Position numbers and translations under genes: made by a program
Origin: a virus
Reading direction: 5' to 3' (one strand)
IMG/VR virus record: IMGVR_UViG_3300046665_000229
Location: 1 to 64,000 of that record
Length of the DNA stretch: 64,000 bases
Part shown: positions 56,932-64,000 of the stretch, piece after piece
Layout of the letters: every line of letters begins with the position of its first letter
Numbering within the stretch: position 1 is the first letter of the stretch
Notes under the pieces: model-generated
The model's database searches: none
What the model saw: only the letters and a program-made list of their open reading frames with translations
What the model was told of the DNA's origin: nothing

Positions 56932-57782
56932 TGACCGACCTCATCGATATCGTTCCGCGCAATCAGACGCCGCGCCAGCGGGCCGCAGTCGAGGTCATCG
57001 ACTCGCGCTCGCGCCACAAGGAGCTTGTGCAGTCGATCATCGACGTGCGCTACCTCGACGAGATTCCGACCAACGTCCTGCCGTGGCTCCTGCGCCATTG
57101 GGGGCTTGAGGACGCGGCTGCGTTCGTGGCCGACCATCAGCGCCTCTACAAGGAGGGGAAGCACTGGCAGACCGTCCGTGGCCGCGTGGAAGCCTATGAA
57201 ATCATCTTGGACTGGCTTGGTCTCGACGGCTCCTATGAGCGCGGCGACCGTGGCGATGTCCGCTGGGCACTGTTTCAGATCGGCCTCACGGAAGAGCCTG
57301 ACCAAGAGACCCTGATCAACCTCATCGGCCTTGCGAACCTGTCCAAGCGCGCAACGAGCAAGCTGGGGCGCATTTATGGCGGCTATGACATCCGACCGAT
57401 GCGCCTCGACATGATGCGCCTCGACGGCGCGCTGCTCGACGATTGGTCCGGCGTCTACCTGCCCGGCATCGAGCCGAAGCTTTCGTTCGGTCGTCAGCAC
57501 GGCGAGGTGATCGGGTTTGGAGCGACCGTCGAAGGCGGCTGGATCGGAATGCACTCGGGCGTCGCTCGCTTCGAGGAAGGCTTTGTCCTGGATCGCTCGA
57601 AGCTCGACGGCGAGGTTTTGGAGCCCGCTGTGGTTTCGATCCAAGCATCGCTGTCAGGCGAACAACTCGGCTTCGCAAAGGACGTGCTGATGCCGTGGCC
57701 CAACGCGCCGCATCCGAATGTCCCTTATCTCAACTTTGAAACTTTCACCATTTATGGAGGCCCTGATGGCACTTCTGGTTAA
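56931..57782 (+). CDS. phage tail protein I
   Basis: 283 aa, ...VLPWLLRHWGLED... gpI-like. Confidence 0.6.
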   Translation: MTDLIDIVPRNQTPRQRAAVEVIDSRSRHKELVQSIIDVRYLDEIPTNVLPWLLRHWGLEDAAAFVADHQRLYKEGKHWQTVRGRVEAYEIILDWLGLDGSYERGDRGDVRWALFQIGLTEEPDQETLINLIGLANLSKRATSKLGRIYGGYDIRPMRLDMMRLDGALLDDWSGVYLPGIEPKLSFGRQHGEVIGFGATVEGGWIGMHSGVARFEEGFVLDRSKLDGEVLEPAVVSIQASLSGEQLGFAKDVLMPWPNAPHPNVPYLNFETFTIYGGPDGTSG

Positions 57783-58464
57783 CAGCGGGCGCGAAGGTCT
57801 CGCCGCTGCGCTCAAGTCTCGTCCCATGTTCTTTGCGTGGGGTCGGGGAGCCTCTTGGTGGGGGCAGACCGACGTGCAGAACAAGACGTTCTCTGGCTCG
57901 CCGGAACGCTTCACGCTCGATCATGCTCCGGTGGAAACCCTGATCGTGAAGAGTGTCAGTGACGCGCAGACTTTCGACGCGCCGGCTGACTACACGTTCG
58001 ACACGGTCAGGGGCGTCGTGACTCGCGTGAACGGCGGTGCCATTGCGCCGGGCGCGACCGTACAGACGCAAGCCACCTATGGGTGGCCGCAACTGCAAGC
58101 CGATGATCGCTCGCTTGTCAGTGAGATCGGTCGCCGCGTAGCAAACGCCGTCGAGTTCGTTAAGGCCGATCCGAACGGAAACCTTTACACGCCCGGCGGC
58201 CAGCGTTGGTCGATCTCGCCTGTAGCTACGCGCTATCTCTACGTCGCCGTGCAGTTCGACTTCCTTGAAGCGCCGACTGAGACCATTCGAGAAGTCGGCA
58301 TCTTCGTCGATAGCGTCCGCGCCGACAATGTGCCTGAAGGGCAACTGTACTTGACTCCCGAAGAGGTCGGCGAACCGGGATACTTGCTTCTGCTTGATCG
58401 CTTCGCCGGCATCACTCGATCTCCGAGTTCTCGGCAGGGCTTCTCTTACGTTTTGGTGACCTAA
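57775..58464 (+). CDS. hypothetical tail protein
   Basis: 229 aa, overlapping starts. Confidence 0.4.
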   Translation: MVNSGREGLAAALKSRPMFFAWGRGASWWGQTDVQNKTFSGSPERFTLDHAPVETLIVKSVSDAQTFDAPADYTFDTVRGVVTRVNGGAIAPGATVQTQATYGWPQLQADDRSLVSEIGRRVANAVEFVKADPNGNLYTPGGQRWSISPVATRYLYVAVQFDFLEAPTETIREVGIFVDSVRADNVPEGQLYLTPEEVGEPGYLLLLDRFAGITRSPSSRQGFSYVLVT

Positions 58465-61400
58465 TGTCCGACGCTCGCGACTCCCTTCCCAACTATCTGA
58501 ACTCCTTCAATCGCGAGAAGGGGTATCAGCGTCTCGCCTTCCACTCGGATCGATTCCTGACCAGTGACGAGATGAACACCGTGCAGGACATCGACGGTGA
58601 TCGGCTCAAGCAGATCGCCGACGTGTTCTGGCGAGACGGTGCGCTCACGAGCGGCGGCGCGATTGTCCTTGGGCCGATCATCAACGCCACTGTCGAGGCG
58701 CAGCTTGCGTTCGCCAAGGTTTATGCTCGCGGCGTCAACCATGACGTGCCCGCTCGGAACATCGTCATCTCGGCAGTTGGCACCGTCGTCATCGGCGTGC
58801 GCCTGAAGACGTGGACTGTCACCTCCGACGAAGACCCGGATTTGAAGGGCAAGGCTCCCGGCACGCGTGCGCAGGGTGAAGTCGGCGCGTCGGCTCTCGC
58901 CATGCGTATGCGCTGGGGCTTTGACGGCGACGGCGAGGAAGGCGACTTCTTCCCGATCTATACCGTCAAGGACGGCACTATCGACACGCCGACCGACCCC
59001 GGCATGGATGACGCGTGGGGACATCTGCTTGCCAAGTATGACCGCGAAGCGCACGGCGGCTACGTCGTAGAGGGCTTCAAGGTGCAGGCCCTTGGTTTGG
59101 ATGACTCCAACAAGCAGGTGTTCACCGTCTCGGAAGGAACGATCAACGTCTACGGCTACAAGCGAACCCGGCCTGCTTCGGCGCGTATCCGCGTTGAAGA
59201 AGAGCCGGAACTTATGCTGATCGATGACGAGCCGCATGCAGTTAACTCCGGTTTGCAGACGATCAAGACCAACTTCGGCCCGATTTCCTCCATCACCGAA
59301 GTCACGATCATCGCTGAGAAGACCGTCACCCTGACGCACGGCACCTATACCGGCGTGGCCGATGCGCTGCCCGATCCGTCTGTCCTGTCCATCCGCGAGG
59401 TTAAGCAGGGTGCGACGGTTTACACGCCGACTGCTGACTACAAGCTGTCTGGCGCAACCGTCGATTGGTCTCCGACCGGCAACGAAATGGCACCGGGCTC
59501 GACGTATCAGGTAACGTACCGCTATCTGACTAACGCCGTGCCGACGAATGTGCAGCGCGATACTTTCCAGATCACGGGCGCGGCGGACGACACGAACGTT
59601 TTCGTGAAGTACGTTGTGAAGCTGCCGCGCTATGACGCCGTTGTGGTCGATCAGTTGGGTGCGATCTCCTATCTGAAGGGCATCTCGTCCCTGTACGCTC
59701 CGCAGGCCGTTGTCGTGCCGTCCACGCTGCACAAGCTGGCTGATGTCTACAACAATTGGGGTCTTGTTCCGACCGTTCGGCAGGTTGCGACTGTTCGTAT
59801 GCCGATGGCTGATCTGCGCAGCCTCGAAGCGATGGTCACCGACCTCTTCGCCCTGGTTGCCGAAGATCGCCTTCAGCGCGACGTTGACCGCAAGGATGTT
59901 TCGTCCAAGCGCGGCGTGTTCGTCGATCCGTTGCTCGACGACGACATGCGCGATCAGGGGCTCACTCAGACCGGCGCGATCTTCAGCGGCAAGCTCTGGC
60001 TTCCGATCATTCCGACCGTCTACACGTTGGCGCTGCCGGCTACGTCGCTCGAATACACGGCCGAGAACGTCTTCGAGCAAAAGCAGATCACGGGCGAGAC
60101 GAAGATCAATCCCTATGCCGTCTTCGGGCCGCCTGCGACCGATGTCACGCTCACCCCGCCGGTCGATCTGTGGACCGAAACGCAGGATGTATGGACCTCG
60201 ATCAACACGTCGCGCGTGGTGCAGCAATTTTTCGGCACGCACGTCTTCGGTCAGTTGATTGGAAGCAATCAGGAGACCTATGACCGCGTGATCGCTTCGA
60301 GCACCGTAGCGAAGGAGTTTATCCGCACGCGTTCGGTCAGCTTCACCGTCCATAAGTGGGGCTACAACGAAGTCCTGAAGACCGTGAAGTTCGACGACAT
60401 CGACGTGACCCCGGCCGGTGTTATCCGCGCCGATGCTAACGGCACGCTCACTTCCTCGTTCCAGATCCCCGCAAACGTCCCGGTCGGCGTCAAGCACGTC
60501 GCCTTCGAGGGCGTTGGCGGCTCCAAGGCAAATGCGCTTTACACCGCATACGGCTGGACGACGACGGTCATGAACGAGCGTACCGTTGTCACGACCTACT
60601 GGTACGAGTCGGACCCTGTTGCGCAGACCTATCGTCTGCCCGAGCCGCGTCAGGCTCTCGGCGTGGACGTTAAGTTCACCAAGATTGGCGACCGCACTAA
60701 GCCGACCCGCGTGCAACTCCGCGAAGTCGAGAATGGAGTTCCGACCGAGCGCGTCGTTGCAGAACGCGTGCTCGACATGAGCGCCGTCACTGAAGTCAAT
60801 CCGTTGTCTGCGCAGCCGCGTCCCGAGTCCGACTGGACCTTTGCGCCGTTCGATATCCCGGTCACGTTGCGGGATGATCGCAACTATTCCGCCACGCTCC
60901 TGACGGAAGACGTAAATCACTCCATCGCCATCGCCGATCTCGGCGGCTTCGACCAGATCAACGGTTGGGTGACGAGCAACGCCTTCTCGGCAGGCACGTT
61001 CCTCGACGGCTCGGACGCGCGCACTTGGCTGGCAAAGCCGGGTCGCTCGATGACGTTCCGACTTCGCTGCGCAAAGTACACGCCGACGCGCACCATCGAA
61101 GTTGGCACGATCGATGTGGTGAACTGCTCTGACTTGCTGCCGCTGATCGTTTCGGAGCGCCCGGAAGGTACTGCCATCGAAGTCGAGTTCGAGGCTCCGA
61201 ACGGCACCAAGTACATCACCGCGCCTGCGGTGAACATTCAGCTTCCGATTGCCATCACCGGCACGCTGAAGGTGCGTATCCGTCTCACGGGTACCACTGT
61301 CCTGTCCCCGCTCATGCTGCCCTACTTGCAGGTCGTCGCCGGTTCGATCCAATCGAACAGCGACTACTTCTCGCGCGCCTTCGAGGCTGGAACTGACTCG

Positions 61401-61682
61401 AAGGTCCGGCTGATCTGCGACGTGTATCTGCCCTCGACCTCGACGTTCGAAGCCAAGGTGCAGATCGGCGAAAATGCGGGCCTCCCGGTTTGGTCTTCGG
61501 TCAATGCGCTGACGCTCGAAAAGTCCACGCCGCTCGGCGACGGATGGGAAGAGCGGCAGTATATGCTCGACCACGTCAACCTCCCTGTGACGCGGGTGTC
61601 CATCAAGCATACCGGCGGTCCCTCCGCTCGGTCGAACGTCCGCAACATCCGCGCCTTCGCAGTCAAGTCCACCACGGGTTAA
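58464..61682 (+). CDS. large tail fibre / host-specificity protein
   Basis: 1072 aa after baseplate genes. Confidence 0.6.
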   Translation: MSDARDSLPNYLNSFNREKGYQRLAFHSDRFLTSDEMNTVQDIDGDRLKQIADVFWRDGALTSGGAIVLGPIINATVEAQLAFAKVYARGVNHDVPARNIVISAVGTVVIGVRLKTWTVTSDEDPDLKGKAPGTRAQGEVGASALAMRMRWGFDGDGEEGDFFPIYTVKDGTIDTPTDPGMDDAWGHLLAKYDREAHGGYVVEGFKVQALGLDDSNKQVFTVSEGTINVYGYKRTRPASARIRVEEEPELMLIDDEPHAVNSGLQTIKTNFGPISSITEVTIIAEKTVTLTHGTYTGVADALPDPSVLSIREVKQGATVYTPTADYKLSGATVDWSPTGNEMAPGSTYQVTYRYLTNAVPTNVQRDTFQITGAADDTNVFVKYVVKLPRYDAVVVDQLGAISYLKGISSLYAPQAVVVPSTLHKLADVYNNWGLVPTVRQVATVRMPMADLRSLEAMVTDLFALVAEDRLQRDVDRKDVSSKRGVFVDPLLDDDMRDQGLTQTGAIFSGKLWLPIIPTVYTLALPATSLEYTAENVFEQKQITGETKINPYAVFGPPATDVTLTPPVDLWTETQDVWTSINTSRVVQQFFGTHVFGQLIGSNQETYDRVIASSTVAKEFIRTRSVSFTVHKWGYNEVLKTVKFDDIDVTPAGVIRADANGTLTSSFQIPANVPVGVKHVAFEGVGGSKANALYTAYGWTTTVMNERTVVTTYWYESDPVAQTYRLPEPRQALGVDVKFTKIGDRTKPTRVQLREVENGVPTERVVAERVLDMSAVTEVNPLSAQPRPESDWTFAPFDIPVTLRDDRNYSATLLTEDVNHSIAIADLGGFDQINGWVTSNAFSAGTFLDGSDARTWLAKPGRSMTFRLRCAKYTPTRTIEVGTIDVVNCSDLLPLIVSERPEGTAIEVEFEAPNGTKYITAPAVNIQLPIAITGTLKVRIRLTGTTVLSPLMLPYLQVVAGSIQSNSDYFSRAFEAGTDSKVRLICDVYLPSTSTFEAKVQIGENAGLPVWSSVNALTLEKSTPLGDGWEERQYMLDHVNLPVTRVSIKHTGGPSARSNVRNIRAFAVKSTTG

Positions 61683-61688
61683 TAGACC

Positions 61689-62738
61689 ATGCCGAACGAT
61701 ACCACTCTGCGCGGCCTCCCGCTCCCGCATCCTGACAATATCGCCCGTGAGGATGCGGGGCGTGTCCGCGAAGCAATCATTGAAATCGACGCGGCTTTGA
61801 CCGTACTCGACGCGAAGGAAACTCCCCCCGCGACCGAGGACGTGAGTGGTCGCGTGCGTCTGGCGACGGCCGACGAGGCCACTGCCGCGTCGGCAACGAA
61901 CGCAGTGCCGACCATCAAGCGCACGAAGGATATGATCACGTCGGCTCTGCAAGCCGCACAGGATGCCCTCACGGCGTTGCAGAACCACGTCGCGGAAGAA
62001 CTCGCTGCGGCAGACGATGAGATCGATCAGGCGCTCGAAGACCTGACCGCATCAATCAACACGCAGCTTGGCGGCTTCGCGAATACGCTCGCAGCCAAGT
62101 TCGACAAGGCTGGCGGTACGATCACGGGCGATGTATCGCTCAACAAGGTTGCAGGCAACGCCCTCAACATTCGCGGCAAGATCGCCGGTAAGGATCGTTG
62201 GGTCATTCAGCTTGGTAACGGCGTCGCTGAAGGTGGCGCTAACGCCGGATCGAGCATGAGTGTTCTTCGCTATGCGGACGACGGAACGCTTATCGACACG
62301 GCATTCGCCATCAATCGAGCGACGGGCGTCATTAATACGTCTGCCGGTATGGCGATTGGCGGCGATACCCGCATCACGCGATCCGGTGGCACCGTGGGCT
62401 ATCTCTACTTCGGCCAGCCGGGTGCGTCTTTCGGTTTCGATGGAACCTACTTCCAATCAAGCGCATGGATTTTCAGTATGCGCGGCGCTCGATACGCCGA
62501 TACGACCGACCTTGGCGGATACATGCCGTCGAGCACCGCTTACGGCTCGTTCGTTACGGCAGTGCGCGGGGTCTATGCGGGAGACGCCACCGAGTATGGC
62601 AGCGGCAATTACACGGAAATCGGCAATGCGTGGATGACCGGACGCCGCTTCGGTGTCGAAGACAATGGTGGCTACCGCTACCGATATGTCCAGTACGCAA
62701 TTAACGGCGGTTGGTACACCGCAGGATGGGCTTCTTGA
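61689..62738 (+). CDS. tail fibre protein (P2 H-like), copy B
   Basis: 349 aa; C-terminus identical to the window-start fragment. Confidence 0.65.
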   Translation: MPNDTTLRGLPLPHPDNIAREDAGRVREAIIEIDAALTVLDAKETPPATEDVSGRVRLATADEATAASATNAVPTIKRTKDMITSALQAAQDALTALQNHVAEELAAADDEIDQALEDLTASINTQLGGFANTLAAKFDKAGGTITGDVSLNKVAGNALNIRGKIAGKDRWVIQLGNGVAEGGANAGSSMSVLRYADDGTLIDTAFAINRATGVINTSAGMAIGGDTRITRSGGTVGYLYFGQPGASFGFDGTYFQSSAWIFSMRGARYADTTDLGGYMPSSTAYGSFVTAVRGVYAGDATEYGSGNYTEIGNAWMTGRRFGVEDNGGYRYRYVQYAINGGWYTAGWAS

Positions 62739-63316
62739 TGAATATCGTCGATCACGGGACTTGGTCGCTCTACACTCCCGAAGTGTGGCCTGTCGGCATT
62801 CCGCAAAACATCGTGTTTTGCAAGTGCGACATCGACGGCGTCGATTGGTATGACTTCCAGCGCGTCGGCGACCTCTCGCATGAAAGCGTGAAGGCCGTTT
62901 GCTTCAACGAGAACGGCAACTGGATCGTGCGCATCGCCGTCGTTGACGGGAGCCGGCTGTTCCCTGAAGGGCGTCGCGTCATTGAGATTTATGACGGCGA
63001 CCTCGAAGACCCGCAGGCCACTTACGAAGGGCTCATGTATGACCCCGTGACTAACACGCTTGCCGCCGCTCCTGTCATCGTCATCGTTCCGACTGAAGCC
63101 TCAAAGCTTGGCCTGCGTCGTGTTTTCGTCGAGATGGGCGTTTGGGATCAGGTGAAGGCGCACATTGCAGCCGACGCCGAGACGCAGGAAGAGTGGGACT
63201 TGGCGACGGTGATCAAGCGAACCGATACGCTGACGCAAAAGATCATCTTCGTGATGCAGCTTTCGCCTGCGCAGGTCGATGCGATCCTGATCCGCGCGAA
63301 GCAGTTGGTCAGCTAA
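62739..63316 (+). CDS. tail fibre assembly-like hypothetical protein, copy B
   Basis: Near-identical to 97-674. Confidence 0.4.
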
Positions 63317-63319
63317 GAA

Positions 63320-63397
63320 GATACCGGAACGGTCCCGACAGGGATCGCTACTACACTTACGGTTCTCTCAATCCAAACACTGAGGATTGAGAGAACT
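63320..63397 (+). promoter_or_regulatory. late motif GATACCGGAACGGTCCCGACAGGG plus SD-sequestering hairpin (copy B)
   Basis: Seen directly. Confidence 0.4.
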
Positions 63398-63400
63398 TAA

Positions 63401-64000
63401 ATGTCCCTTACCGATTTCCTTCACGGCGTCGAGACCGTCGTCGTAGACCGTGGGCCTCGGCCCATCCAGACCGTCCGTTCGTCCGTCATCGGATTGATCG
63501 GTACTGCGCCCGACGCAAACGACGTGGCGTTCCCGTTGAATACTCCCGTGCTCGTCAACCGCCGTCAGGCGGCGGCTATGATTGGCAAGGAAGGTACGCT
63601 GCCCAAGGCCATCGACGCCATCTTCGATCAGGGCGGTGCTCTTATCGTTGTCGTTCGCGTCGAAACCGATGAGCAGGAGAACGAACAGCTTTCGCTCGTT
63701 ATCGGCGGCGTCGATTCCGAGACCGGCGCGTTCACTGGCATCCACGCGTTCCGCGCGGCCGAGACGGAGACTGGCGTTGCGCCGATGATCCTGATCGCAC
63801 CGGGCTTCACGCACCAGCGCCCGCTCGGCGTCGCAGGCCACACCGTCACTGCGCAGGGCACCGGCTACACCGAAGCTACTGTTGCCTTCACCGGCGGCGG
63901 CACTGGCGCTGTGCTTCCGACCGCTACCGTGATCATCGAAGGCGGCAAGGTGACGGGTCTTGAGTTCCAGTCGCTCGGCTACGGTATCGTGTCGCCTGTC
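63401..64000 (+). CDS. tail sheath protein, copy B (partial, diverged from 757-2166)
   Basis: Same start context; many aa substitutions relative to copy A. Confidence 0.75.
   Translation, partial: MSLTDFLHGVETVVVDRGPRPIQTVRSSVIGLIGTAPDANDVAFPLNTPVLVNRRQAAAMIGKEGTLPKAIDAIFDQGGALIVVVRVETDEQENEQLSLVIGGVDSETGAFTGIHAFRAAETETGVAPMILIAPGFTHQRPLGVAGHTVTAQGTGYTEATVAFTGGGTGAVLPTATVIIEGGKVTGLEFQSLGYGIVSPV

Noticed and set aside
58461-61988. 1175-aa minus-strand ORF across the large tail fibre gene
   Set aside because: Spurious antisense ORF in GC-rich sequence.
58464-62738. Diversity-generating retroelement near tail fibre genes
   Set aside because: No reverse transcriptase ORF or template/variable repeat pair is present. 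The duplicated fibre C-terminus is explained by the tandem prophage copy.
1-64000. CRISPR array
   Set aside because: No regularly spaced direct repeats were seen anywhere in the window.

Overview
High-GC (alphaproteobacterial-type) prophage DNA. The window holds the right end of one prophage (copy A, 1-13.1 kb) joined through a tRNA-Lys-like 3' fragment (att core, ~13185-13233) to an almost complete, related second prophage (copy B, 13.3-64 kb). The first ~1.4 kb of the window is repeated at 62643-64000, but the two copies are diverged (fibre-assembly gene differs by only a few residues, sheath gene by many), so I read this as tandem, mosaic prophages rather than a wrap-around artefact. Copy B gene order: integrase and AlpA-like excisionase; a leftward early operon (SPFH protein, C5-cytosine MTase, dCMP deaminase, beta sliding clamp, DUF4406-like); a CI/LexA-like repressor flanked by TTGGAT-type operator clusters; a winged-helix regulator at the cro position; a rightward replication/recombination module (AAA_24 ATPase, DUF669, Cas4-like nuclease, MT-A70 N6A-MTase, SF2 helicase, primase-polymerase/D5-type helicase); a leftward block of small ORFs plus SLT transglycosylase and HNH endonuclease; an iteron/AT-rich island; VRR-NUC nuclease; a lower-GC cluster of small unknown genes (41.5-44.1 kb); dNMP-kinase-like and NUDIX genes; lambda-like packaging and head genes (Nu1, A, W, B, C/S49, D, E); P2-like baseplate and tail genes (V, W, J, I, H, G, FI, FII, E/E', T, U, X, D). 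Copy A's end carries a lysis cassette (amidase with C-terminal TM anchor, holin-like, overlapped spanin-like genes), an Mre11/SbcD-like metallophosphoesterase, small cargo genes and an Ogr-like Zn-finger gene next to the att core. Recurrent non-coding signals: a GATACCGGAACGGTC motif upstream of several late operons, perfect hairpins abutting start codons, and TTGGAT operator repeats in three regulatory regions.
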